Assembly: GCA_051294375.1 (NCBI GenBank)
Contig: CM119263.1
Span: 7,798,635-7,862,634 of the forward strand
Length of the DNA: 64,000 nucleotides
Direction of reading: 5' to 3'
Origin: Paraspadella gotoi
Lineage: Eukaryota > Animalia > Chaetognatha
The translations under genes were made by a program, and so were the position numbers. Positions 41,836 to 53,389 of the stretch are shown here, piece after piece. The notes beneath the pieces were generated by a model. The model made no database searches. It saw nothing but the letters and a program-made list of their open reading frames with translations, and was not told the origin of the DNA. Position 1 is the stretch's first letter, and each line of letters opens with the position of its first letter.

Positions 41836-43249
41836 CATAATTAAAGTCTCTTGAAACATTCACGTATCTTTACGACGCGGAGGAACGATATTCCTGCCTA
41901 TAAAACCTACATCCGGGTAAACAGAACCAGTACGCGCGGTTTATATAGAAATGGTTTCGAAACAAAAACAAACAAACAAAAACGGAGGAAAGAAGGATTC
42001 AATATTTCTTTCACTCTTTTGGACTTAATTGGATCATTGGTTCGTTTAAGGAGCCAAATTACTGAACAACAAAAGAAAGGAAAGCAGAAGAAGAAAAAAA
42101 AAAGGAAAGAAACGTTTTGCGGGCATTTCCGCTCCGGCGGGCGATGCCCCAAAATATAAGACACATTCTTTTTCGAAGGGATTTGAGGTTTTTCAGAGAG
42201 GCCTTGGAAATGGGCAAAAGAAATAAAAGCCAAAAGCCAAATACTAATGGAACGTGGGCCGCTGGTGAAGGTTCAGCGATGCATGGGCACGACATTACCG
42301 AGGGGCCCCCTTGTAATAAGGACGAAGAGCTTTTGTCCGCGTTTAACGCGAAAAAATCTTAAAAGCGAAGTCGCCTGGAGAGAGAGAGAGCGAGAGAGAG
42401 AGACAGAGACAGAGAGAGATTTCTTTGGAACAGATCGAACAATGAAAGCGTATTCATCGCGCAATGACTTTAGACCGGCGCTCATTTAACTGTGGTAAAG
42501 CAAAACAAGAAGACGAAATGTATTTGTCGACAGAAAAAGCAAGATTTATTTTTTTGTATTTTTTAAGTTTTATAGCTAGACTTACAAATTTTAGTGAATT
42601 TTTATTACAAAGACATGTTTGTTTGTTTACAAATTATAACGACATATTCATAACGAATTATACGTAAAATCTGTAACTGTATATTTATCTGCAATCTGTA
42701 ACTTCCGCAAAGGAAAACCTCAAATCGTCCTAAAAGTGCACTCAAACTTTTTGCTGAATAGTTTTTGATTTGAAAACGAGAGCGAAAACTTTTTGAGGTC
42801 CACTTTGGATAAATCGGCATTTGTACCTCATGATTTGATTTTTAAGTTACGCAATGACGACGACGACGATGACGCCGATGTCTCCCATCCAACGCTTCGT
42901 GGTTTATCCCCTTTTCTCCCTCTTTTCATTGTTTTCCATCCTGGCGATTAGCCCGATCGCTGGGTCAACATTCGGGTCAACATTCGGTCCTTTTATTCCG
43001 TTCCTTGACCCTAAAAGATCACTCAACCAACAAGGCGGATGGAACCCTCGCTCTTTTTTTTTTGACATAATACGATGGTTCCATCCCTCATGCATCACAC
43101 ATTTGAAGGTCATTAAAAACTTCTGAACGAACACTGACCGAAAATGGAATGGATGGATTGATGACGGATTGATTGATTATTGCAAAGTAGACGAGAAAAA
43201 CAAACTTGGAAACCTGAACTAAAGCTATCTCATTATTATGTCCCTCCTT

Positions 43250-43283
<34 letters not shown>

Positions 43284-43330
43284 CACCCCCCCTGCCCACG
43301 ATCCAGACAAGTCTTGCGATAAAAAAGGTA
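41040..43330 (+). repeat. Direct copy of ~37320-40020 (first copy decays into noise after ~38620)
   Basis: Both start CGATCCTGGCGCCG; share GTGACATGTGACCGTTACGGTG, AGAACCAGTACGCGCGG etc.; second copy begins right after a 25-N gap. Confidence 0.93.
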
Positions 43331-45571
43331 AACGATTTGGACGAATCGTAGTTCCGCCTTCTGTCGCTCTATTTGGTGGGTACTGTCACGAGCCTCACCT
43401 CCGTCAGCGCAAAATTTATGGGCATCGATCATCCATGAACCTCCTCTTCAACTCACCATAGAATCTTGGCCTATCTCTCCATGGAATGTCGATGGTCGAA
43501 CGACTATGATAAATAACTGGCACTCGCGAATGGAGACGAAACTTGTTCAATGATCAAACTTGTTCATAATTTAAACGATATATATTATATATCTCCTTAT
43601 TTTAAAAATTCATACAACAGTGAATTAAAACTAATTTCCTTTTTTTCACTCATTACGATTCTCTCAGACGACAGATGTTCCTCGGCTTAAAATTTATTGA
43701 GTCCGACATATGAATAATGGATTCCACGGAGCAAGTACAACGATGATTTTCACGCTCTTCTCCGAATGGGCTATCCTTCCTGCCATCTCTGATCAATGTT
43801 CTCCATATCAAATCGATTACTAATGCTTTTTCTTGACGCGAGATGACAAATGCTTTATGAACATCGCCCAAACAGGAAGAGATTGTGACCTCGCACGTCA
43901 GTTTCGTGAAAAATCATTTCTGATTGCGATAAGCCTGTTGATTTCATGTATGATTAAAAGGGATTAAATATTTTTGAATGACGGGTCTTACAAGTTTAAA
44001 TAACTTGGTTTTTCTTTATAAGCTAATAAGTGTATGTTTCAAAAACTTTTGTTTAAATATACAGTCCTTTTTTATTTAAAATTGAAGCAAAATCAACAAA
44101 AATAACAGCAATAATAATAATAATAATTATAATAATAATAAACTATTTTGTGAAATTAGCTTTAGGTTTAGCTCTGAAGATACCAGTTTATATCAGTTTA
44201 TCATTTCTATCGATTTTTTCAACTACGGAATCCGGTTAAGATTGTATCTCGATTCTCCAGCAAAGGCCAATGTTACAGAACGACAGCTTGTTCTCAGATC
44301 TGTATATTATATCAGTTGTACATACTCTTCGACGTAAAACTGTTTCTTATCCCTTTGAGAGCAAATGTTTGTTCAGGGTGAGTCCAGCGATAAAGGAGCC
44401 TCGACCCGAATCTTTCTTTTCCTTACCCTCTCACAGCCACGCTGTCCTCGAAGCCCCGCCGCTTCCCTTTCCCTCTCGCCTTATGTCCACTTATTTCGTT
44501 GGGTTTTATTTAATACGGCATAACCTCGACGGAAGGGAGCCGGGCTTTTTATCGTCCAATCAAACTCGGCTCCGTGACTCAGGGCATTTCGGCGCGACTC
44601 GCGGCATTTCGGAGCGACTCGCCGCATTCCGACGCATTCGATGCAACTGGTCAACGGCGCTCGTTGGGGCCCAAATGTATTTTCTTTTTACTTTTTTTTT
44701 GTTTGATAAGCGGACGAGATTTCTTCGGGATAAAATTTCTTCAGAATACAATGGAAATTTGGTTGCGCCGCAATCGGTCGTACAAATGTGCTCTTACCCA
44801 AAATAAAATAAAATAATAAAATAATAAAATAATAAAATCAAATAAAATCAAATCACTTTTGTAACAAAGATCAACAAAGACGAAAATCGAGAGTTATAGT
44901 TCATATTTTTAAGGTTTATCTTGACCGATATAGGAAAGTTACTAAAAGAGTTTAATGGAGGATGAAATAAAAAATAGCATGTTTACTGTATAATTTGTAT
45001 CTTGGTTGTACCAATTTCATAAATAAAAATAAAACAACAACACGTTTCCTCTTCTATTAATTTTAAAAGTTGAAATAAAATCTAAATCGAAATACTTTTT
45101 GTATTAGAGTTGCAGAAACTATTAGAGAATAAATTACTAAAATTTAAAATTTAAAATTTTTAAAATCATAACCAAAATCGACAAATAATGAAAAAAAAAT
45201 GCGTTAATATAATTTAACTAATTAATACTTAGCGTACACGCGACTGAAGATGAGTTGTAAGAAAGATAAAAAAAAGGCGGCAAGGAAACAAAGAAACATT
45301 TTGCCCTAAAGGAGACAAAGGGTGTCAGGAGGATGTAAAAACAAACATCGACACTCCCGCCAGCAAGCGTTGGGTTCAAAGCGGGAAGGTTGATCATCTT
45401 TCTCTTACCTTCGACGGCAGGTGACGATGTTGCAGTTTAACAAGAAGAAGAGTCGAGCACGAAGGCTCTTTAGTTTTATAGTTTTTAATAAGTTATGATT
45501 AACAAACACTTGGCTTTAGAGTAGAGTTAAATAAATTTTGTTATTTGTGATAAACAGAATTTCTTAAAATA

Positions 45572-46001
45572 CAGGGAGGTCCAGCTCCTATGGGACTAAC
45601 TTCAAGTGCTTACAGCGCAGCAGGAAACAAGGGATTATATTTGAAATTAAGTTATTTGAAATTAAAGACAAATCTTGATACATCAAATATTTATTTTTTT
45701 TATTTTTTTTTTATTGTTCAGACAAGTTAAGTTAAATTTTCTTTCAATCGATAATATCTGAAAAATCCACAGGGAAGCAGAATGTCCGACGCATCCCCTT
45801 CTAGAACTGTTGAATTTTGTGACATCAAGAATAATGACAGAAATGACAGCATTCCCTACTGGCGTGGTCTAAAACGCATATGTCACCTTCTCTGAACCTT
45901 TGGAGATTTTTTAAAAGTGTACTAATTTTCATAGGATTGTCTTTTTACTTACCCATCCAAACGATTTTTAAAGTTAGTCCCAAAAGAGCTGGACCTCCCT
46001 G
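45572..46001. mobile_element. Non-autonomous Tc1/mariner-type MITE, 430 bp
   Basis: Terminal inverted repeats CAGGGAGGTCCAGCTC(ctat/tttt)GGGACTAACTT (31 bp, 2 mismatches), flanked by TA on both sides (45570-71, 46002-03); no internal ORF. Confidence 0.85.
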
Positions 46002-46317
46002 TATAAACTCTATTTAAAATTGCTGGAAAAAATTTTCAAAGAACAGAGTAAACACAGTTGTTTGGCTGAGTGCCCATTACTTCAGCAATACACTTTAAAA
46101 GGTCCGACACCATATGATGTAAGGGACCAGACTGTCGGTATTCAGCTCCTCCCTGTCCTCCAGAGGACTCGTAGATTGGCTAAGGAGAACAAAGGCCGCG
46201 ACAGTCAGCTGATTCCTCTCCTTTTTATTGTGGCCCATGGATGAAAAGATTTTCTTTCGTCTTCTTTAGGGCTTAGACCGAGTCGAGGGTATTTACTCTC
46301 AAACGTCGAGAAAAGGT

Positions 46318-46375
46318 ATTGGCGCCAGGTTATTGGTCACAAATCAACCAATCACAGATCGCCTTGAATTTTAAA
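46318..46375 (+). promoter_or_regulatory. Candidate distal cell-cycle-type promoter of cdc25
   Basis: ATTGG (46318), ATTGG (46332), CCAAT (46348), E2F-like TTGGCGCC (46319) and CHR-like CTTGAA/TTTAAA (46363-46375) within 60 bp. Confidence 0.45.
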
Positions 46376-46384
46376 AGAAAACTA

Positions 46385-46746
46385 TCGTAACTAACGTAAC
46401 TTACGTAAGACCTATCTTATATACTAATCTTAAACAATCAAACAAACAAAATTTATATAAAATCGACAATAGTCTTCGAACTAATTAACGAGGCAAGCAT
46501 CTAACCCGACGCCGCCTTAACTCAATAGTACCCTCTCATATCAGGACCTGCAACATCGTTCGCCCCGTTTCGAGGGTAGGGAGCATTCTTGACCCAACCC
46601 TCTAAAACGCACTCGACATTTAACAGGCACGGGCGCCCGCCAAGTCCAGTCTTCTTCAACGGCAAAGAATATCTAGACTTCGAGCCCTTTTTACGTCTTG
46701 ACGAGCCTTTCAGAATTCCAGACGAAGGGTTCTTTCACATCACGGG
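46385..46746 (+). other. Candidate ATG-free upstream (alternative first) exon of cdc25; start approximate
   Basis: Follows the CCAAT/CHR cluster, has no ATG over ~360 nt and ends at a consensus donor GG|GTAAGT (46747). Confidence 0.4.
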
Positions 46747-47732
46747 GTAAGTCAACGGCGCAAAGTTGGCTTCTCAAATTTTTTTTTATCCCTCGTTTCT
46801 GTTTCTTCTTGGCCGAACGAATTCTGACGAGAACACGTTAATCCACCGAAGAAAGGTTCGAAGGGGTAAGGGAAGGGGGGGCAAAGGAAGCCTAAAAGGG
46901 CAAGGGATAAAAAAAATTGAAAAAAGAGGAAATCAGAAGAGGGGAAGAAAAAGAGGAATGGGTAGAAGAGGGAGAAGTGAAGGAAGTAACGAAAGCCAAC
47001 GAAGAGTAAGACGAAGTCGAAGAGGCCCCCTCTCCCTGTTTAATGAAAAAAAAAAAAGTTTCCCTCCATATTCTCGTGGAAGAGTTTTCTCTTCCTTTTC
47101 TGCCTCGATAAGATAATGAACCTCTTCTTCGAATGGACTCCCTTTTCGTAACCGCAGGAGCCGCGTAAGCCGCAGCCACAGCCTCCGCTGTTTACTTCGT
47201 TCTCGCTGCGAGCGAAAATAAAGCCGCTGCTGCGGTGGCCGCTGCTTCTTTCGGAGCCGCGCAACAGCTGGAGATCGAAACGGAGAGAGAGGGAGAGAGA
47301 CGAGTTTTGAAAGCGAAAAGGAGAGAGGGAGAGCGAGAAAAAAAAAAGTCGCGGTTTGGCTCGTATTAGGTTTTTACAAATCTGTCGTCCTGGTCGTCGT
47401 CGTTTTCGTCGTCGCGTCTGCACTGAACTTTTTTGGTGTTCGTCGTCGTGGTGGTCGTCGTGATCGTCGTCTCATCGGCGGCATCCGTTCTCTCCTCATT
47501 CCCTATTCTCTCCTTCGTCGAGAGTCTTCGTGTCTCTGTCTCTCTCAGTCTCACTCTCTTCCCCTTCCTCTCAGTCTCTTCGTCTCTTCATTTCTCTTCT
47601 TTCTCGCCCCCGCACCATATATACTCCATCGGCATCCCAGATTCGTCTCATTCCCCCACTGAAGTCGTTTCCGAGTCACGTCTTCCTCCGTCTCGTCGAA
47701 CGCTCTCTCTCTATCTCTCCGCTCAGAGCCTT

Positions 47733-47770
47733 TATAAAAAGCCATCCAACTCTCTCGTCGACTTTCATTC
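47733..47770 (+). promoter_or_regulatory. Candidate proximal TATA + Inr core promoter of cdc25
   Basis: TATAAAA at 47733-47739 and TCATTC (TCAKTY Inr) at 47765-47770, ~145 nt before the ATG; spacing is a few bases longer than canonical. Confidence 0.45.
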
Positions 47771-47913
47771 TACTCTCGTCAAATACAGAGAACTCTGAAA
47801 AACATTCTCCATGTTGTGGCGAAACGAATAAACTTTGAAAGGAAACTCGAAAAGGTTTTATTTACCTTTTCCACTGGATTTGATTTTTACCCGCGAAACG
47901 AGGAACCTCCGTC

Positions 47914-48215
47914 ATGCTTTCCCTGTCCTCGTCACCCCGGTTCGTCTTCGCCGATTCCGGATCACGTCTTAACGCTGACCGAGGGTTCCCTAGTCCCGAC
48001 GCCGAAATGGACGACGCCCATTTCCCCACCGTGCGCTCTTTCGACGCCGAACACGCGCGTTTTCCCTTCAAGCGTCAGGACGCCGTGGCGTCGGAATCGC
48101 CCGTCGGGCCGAAGATTGAGGACTTGATGCTGAGGGCGTCGCTCATGAAAATCCGGGCGTCGCCGGCGACCACGCCTCTACAGAACATCTCCAACGGACA
48201 GTCGCCTGTCATTGC
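47914..48215 (+). CDS. cdc25: Cdc25/string-like M-phase inducer phosphatase, coding exon 1 of 6 (MLSLSSSPRF...TTPLQNISNGQSPVI-A)
   Basis: ATG in CCGTCATG context, GC-rich SP/TP-rich frame ending at strong donor GC|GTAAGT (48216); phase 2 matches the acceptor at 50779/50780. Confidence 0.8.
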
Positions 48216-50779
48216 GTAAGTATTTTTAAAATATTTAATTTTTGAGTGCTTGTTTGATATCATAATATAATATTTAAGCATTCCAATCATATTTTATTCG
48301 AACTACCAAAAATTTCCACATTCTATATTCGAGGCAAAAATACGGCGCAGATATATATATATTTTTTCTATTTTTTATGTTTTATTTATAATCCAGCTTT
48401 TGGATAAACCAAACATCGAATCGAGTCATTGACCTTGATTCCGAAAGCCTACTTTTTCCCCTCAAAATTTCTTTTGGTTCTGGAACTAGGTTATTGGTTC
48501 ACCCAATATCCCTCCGATATTATTCTACTACTCCCGAGCCTATTTTTCTCTTTTCATTCCCGTTATGACTTATGTTTTCATAGCCTTTGCCTTCTGGGGT
48601 CAGAACCGAATATTTCATGTAAGGTTCGCCTGGGGCGGTAGAAACTTAAACCCCGTCCTCTCTTGGGCCCGAAGAGCTTTGACCAGGATTTTCGACCCGA
48701 AAAAGATTGGCTGAAGGTTTTGGCCAGGAGAGATGTAATACAACGAAAAATATCAGTAACGGTATCAAATGAAACAATTTAGTTTTTTTTTTTGTGTGTA
48801 AGGAATAATTAATTTAGAAAATACATTTAGGGGAATGTTTTCGAAACTTCCGGCCTCCTTTACATAAATTTCTTTCGACCAAAGTCGTTAACATAATTTT
48901 TTGAAATAATAAATCGCTTAAATTATAAATTGGTCCACTGTTTACGTCACTCTAATCCGTCACCAAATCTTTTTCATTATCCGAGGAAAGTAACGACGGA
49001 AAGCCGGTCAAGTTTGGCAGCTTCGCTTTTCGAGTCTTAACACGTTTTCCTCGCCCAAATCCTTAGTTGATTTAACCGCAGATTATTGCCTCGGAGCGCT
49101 TCATTAATTTCTCTCCTTTTAGCATAACCGTTAACCTTAAATATAAATTTTCTATTAGTTTACATTAAAACTCTCGAGATCCACTAAGGGTTGAGATATC
49201 GGGGTCGGTCGGGCCGAACCCAAAATTCGTGCTCCTCTTTGAATAGGGGTACACAACAATCGAGGTAATTCTCAAGGATTCCCAGGGTTCCAAATTAAAT
49301 ATTGAGAAAGAGAGAGAGAGAAAGAGAAACGAATAAATAATCTTGCCTTGGGTCTCTTATCTCGATCGGCGAGCAGATCCGTAACCGACCGATCGACTCT
49401 GCAGCTCAAGGTGAAAACTTGTTTTAACTAATTCTTGTTACTCAATATTTTTCAAATAGCAGTCGTTTTTTGGAGGGTCGGTTGACTTTACCCGCCCTTT
49501 TGAGATACTTATCTCTTGATCTCTCTTTTAATGTTACTTCAACTTCCCACTTTTAGGACATTATTATTAGCAAGTATTGAAGGTGAAGAAACAAAGAATA
49601 GTTAAAACGAATCATATGGGTGTGGCCTTACCTGCCGATCCCAACGAGTTTCCTTACCTCTTTTTGAAAAACTCGATTATCTCTACAATACCCGCGTTGA
49701 ATAAGATTATAAGTCCCCTTGTTTTTCCAGTTATTGATTTCGCTCTCGATGTGAATAATGGAGGACAGTTCTCTCAGTAAATCGAGATTACATCTCTCGG
49801 CTGCTTTTTTTCCCCTTTCTCCAGTTCTAGTGATCAATGAGCAAATCCAGACAATTTCCAGCGGGGTCTGAGACCTTGCCGTCTCGCTTTAGTGCTCTCC
49901 ACGACGGCGGTGATGATAATGATGGTGGTGGTGTCTAACTAAAGGGAATTCCGAGTACCTGCGCGTTGAGTTGTAAGACCTCGATAACCGCGCCGCTCCC
50001 TTGAGGCAATATGGGGATTTCTTTTCCCCTCGAGCGACGGAGACGTCGTAAGAACGATGAGACACGAAATGCCACCGATGTGCCATCGGTTCACCACCGA
50101 CTCTCCCAAAAATGACGTCCTGTCGCGAAGGATTCTCATTTGATGGCCGTCCCATGTGAAAGAAGACAGAGGGTTTTTTATTAAGACCTATTTTGATTCA
50201 TTGTCCTCGATTTTAAGGATGATCTTAATTATCTTCGGCCGGGTTTTGATCTGACCCTTCAAAGATCTCTCCTTTGTTATTGACAGGTCGAATTCTGTCA
50301 TTATTTCTGCTCCAGACGAAAAAATTCTCTAAATTCCAAGAAAATCCGGTTTTTTACTCTGTGGGAAAGGGATTCATCTGTTCTATGGACCTGTTTGTTT
50401 TTTTTTCTAAACCAGTTTTGAGGATTTTTTTACCACGTTGGTCATTCTAGGCCTGGACTGGTGGCCATAAATGTTTTCCTCAATATCCCGGACAAGGTCT
50501 CGAGGGATATTACGATCGGTCTTTAGCTATAACCGCGCGAGATGGTCAGACGAGTTGTCGTAACTCGTTACAGTTTTTGTTATTTATTACATAGTCTTGC
50601 AATAAATTATATTAATCTCCGTTCAATGTATTTTCTGCGCTGTATTTTCCTAATCAATGAAAAAAAAACTCATCTATTGGTCAAAAGAATTTTTACTTCC
50701 GCCCTAACGGTTTACATTGCATAAGATTAGGGTATTGAAAAAAGAATAAAGGGTTCCATTTGGTTCTTTGTTCGAAAAG

Positions 50780-50983
50780 AGCTGACCAAGATTGGTCCGT
50801 GAATGGCCTCTCTAACCCTTTCATTGCCCCTTCTTCTCGTCGTAGGAAAACTCCTAAGCGTCGCCTCAGCCTCAACTCGTCCTCGGCAGGATCCACACCC
50901 AACAGCCACAAGGGAGCCTCGCCCTCGCTAGGGGTGGCACCCCTGTGTTCGGGAGATTCCCCCGCTCTCGTCTCTCCTCTCGG
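50780..50983 (+). CDS. cdc25: Cdc25 coding exon 2 (ADQDWSVNGLSNPF...KTPKRRLSLNSSS...LVSPL-G)
   Basis: Acceptor TTCTTTGTTCGAAAAG|A and donor GG|GTAAGA; 204 nt, phase 2-2; contains TPKRRLSL and SP sites typical of the Cdc25 regulatory region. Confidence 0.8.
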
Positions 50984-51673
50984 GTAAGACTAATTGCTTT
51001 GAACTCGCATGCCCAATAAGGTATTTTATTTTTAATCTTTGAAAAGTGAAAACTGTTTTTTTTTTCTATCGTTATCGTAAATGAAATTAATAATGGGACC
51101 AACAGACAAATATTCTAAACCGATTTTCGTAAATAAAAGCGAGTTATAGTATTGAAGTCATGGTTAAAAATTAATTGGTGGGAAATTCAAACAAGGAAGT
51201 AACCTAGCATCTGCCTGGCCCGTTGCGGACGGGGCCGTCTCGGCCCATGATTCTTCCTTTGCTCAATGGACTCTCGCGGTCCGCGGGGGGCACATAAAAA
51301 AATTACGGCATCTGGATTGGTCGGATCTCTGTTCGGTCTTTCCTATTATTGGTCGTTTTTTTTCGCGCCTATTCGCCTCTGTTCTCCCCCTCCCCCGAGT
51401 CGATGTTCACTCTGCCAGGAGCCGGAAAACCGTCTCTTCGTTTGATTACTGTGAAAAAAAGGGATGGGGGCTCGATGAATGGTTATTGGCGGGGCACGTG
51501 TTCAGTCTGTCCCGATGGCCGGGTTGAAAAAGGGAAGAGGAGCAAATAGCTAGAGAGAATAGGCAGGGGGGGGAGAAAGGGGAAGCTAGAGAACAGGAAA
51601 AAAGGAAAATTCTCATGGAGTTTCAATACCAGCCGAACTCATGATTTTCTTTTTCCCCTTCCCTCCCTCACAG

Positions 51674-51761
51674 CGACGCGCAAAGCAAAAAGCAAAAAAG
51701 CTCAAAGGGACGTCAATTTTCGGGACGTCGTCACTTGTTCCCTCGTTCCGCATCTCTTCCA
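51674..51761 (+). CDS. cdc25: Cdc25 coding exon 3 (DAQSKKQKSSKGRQFSGRRHLFPRSASLP)
   Basis: Long pyrimidine tract + CACAG acceptor, donor CCA|GTAAGT; 88 nt, phase 2 to 0, exactly what is needed to join exon 2 to exon 4; ends in an RSxSxP motif. Confidence 0.8.
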
Positions 51762-52021
51762 GTAAGTCATAATTCCATCCGTGACAACAAGTCAATATTC
51801 CATCTCTGGCTTGAAACATGGTCATATTTCCATCAATGACTGAATCTTATCCAGAGCTATTTTATATCGGTTCCACCTTGGTTAAAATGGCGAAATGGAA
51901 GAGATGACAGTTTTAAAATCATATGGACTTAATCATTTGAACGACTCCCGACCTTTTTTCTCGTCTATTACTGTCATCAAGCAATACTTGAAATTTATTA
52001 ATACCGTTGTTAAACTTTTAG

Positions 52022-52753
52022 GTGACCACCGCCGACAAAGAATCCACGTTCGTCTCGGACGCGGCAATGGTTCCCATTTCCGTCGACATTCCCGACTTCC
52101 CCACCATGAGTGGGTTTTCCGACGATTCCCACCCGGAGACGAGTTTAGAGTTGGACAGCCTCATTGATCAAGACTCTGGCCAGAGCATGGCTTCGACGTC
52201 GACGACTCATTCCGAGGACAGCGCGGTCGGCAGCCTCGATTTTTGCTGCTTTGCCAACCGTTTGCGGCGCCGCCGCCGCTTCCGATATTCCTCCGGAGGT
52301 GCTTCTGCCGAATCCGGCGAATCCGAAATCGTGTCGCCGGAGTCTCTCGCCTTCGACGAGGAGACGCTCATGTCGCCGCCGATACCGATGTCGACGGAAT
52401 CGGTCGGGTTTCGCCAGAAGCAGCCCTCCGGAAACTCTGACGATGGTTTCATGGAAGAGCTGGAGAACCTTTCTCCGGGGAAAGGAGGACATCTGCCGTC
52501 ATCCGGAATCTTTTCGCTCCTTAACGCCCCCATTATCAAATCCCAAGCCGTCCTCTCGAAGACGGACGTCGCCGACGAGGATTCGGGCCTCGGAAACTTT
52601 GCCTTTAAGCGTCTCTCGCCGGTCAAAGCGCTAAGATCGGATTCCCTTCCCTGCCGCTTCTCTCCCGTGATCGAGGAAACGAAGCAGGTCTTCGATCTCG
52701 AAGCTTCATCGCTGCCGCCGTCCGAACTCAACAAAGAGAATCTCAGTCATCAG
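52022..52753 (+). CDS. cdc25: Cdc25 coding exon 4 (Ser/acid-rich regulatory region with DSG, DDGFME and KEN motifs)
   Basis: TTTTAG|GTG acceptor, CAG|GTAAAC donor; 732 nt open, phase 0-0; SDDGFMEELE and GIFSLLNAPII blocks resemble Cdc25 N-terminal conserved elements. Confidence 0.9.
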
Positions 52754-52857
52754 GTAAACATTTCAAACATTTGATTTTAAATATATATAAATTTAAAATG
52801 AATCTATCTATACTACTTTGGTTTCATTTACTTATATTTAAAAACCTTTTAATTCAG

Positions 52858-53277
52858 GCTGCTAGTCAAAGCCGCTCCAATCTTCGCCACTCTCAATCCT
52901 TCAAGCGTCCGGAGCCGCCCGTCCACGACGAAAGCGCCACGCCGATGCACAATAGTAAAAGGAGAAAAAGTGTAGCCTCGCCTTACAATCTGGACAAGAA
53001 TACCGCAAAGCTCGCCATCCGCAGCTTCAGTATCTCAGACGACCGTCTCAAACAGGCTCTCGGCGTTAGGGAGACCCCCGAGGGCAAAGAGCAGTTAGCC
53101 GACTGTTCGGGGAGATCCTACGTCCTTCCCACCGTCAAGGGAGCTCACCACGATCTCAAGGCCATCACTCCCGAGACTCTGACCCGCCTCATCGACGGAG
53201 AGTTCGACGAGGAGATTGAGAATCATTACGTCGTCGACTGCCGCTATCCCTACGAATATCAAGGGGGTCATATTCGG
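52858..53277 (+). CDS. cdc25: Cdc25 coding exon 5 (FKRPEPP...KRRKS NLS region; start of rhodanese-fold catalytic domain)
   Basis: TTCAG|GCT acceptor, CGG|GTGAGT donor; encodes LADCS..LPTVKGAHHDLKAITPETL and VDCRYPYEYQGGHI, hallmark Cdc25 motifs. Confidence 0.97.
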
Positions 53278-53389
53278 GTGAGTTTTGAGGAATTTGCTTT
53301 TTATTATTATACTTGTTATATCTTAATTCCTCAAAACTATCTTTATAGCAAATTGATTACATTAACTTTCTTATTTTTTTTAAATACAG

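Noticed and set aside
44270-44806. 178-aa ORF upstream of cdc25
   Set aside because: No recognisable homology or coding-like composition; its internal GTGAGT donor is not in phase with cdc25 exon 2.
47811-47838. uORF start MLW resembling the Drosophila String N-terminus as I recall it
   Set aside because: Stops after six codons and cannot be joined to the main frame without invoking errors; treated as coincidence.
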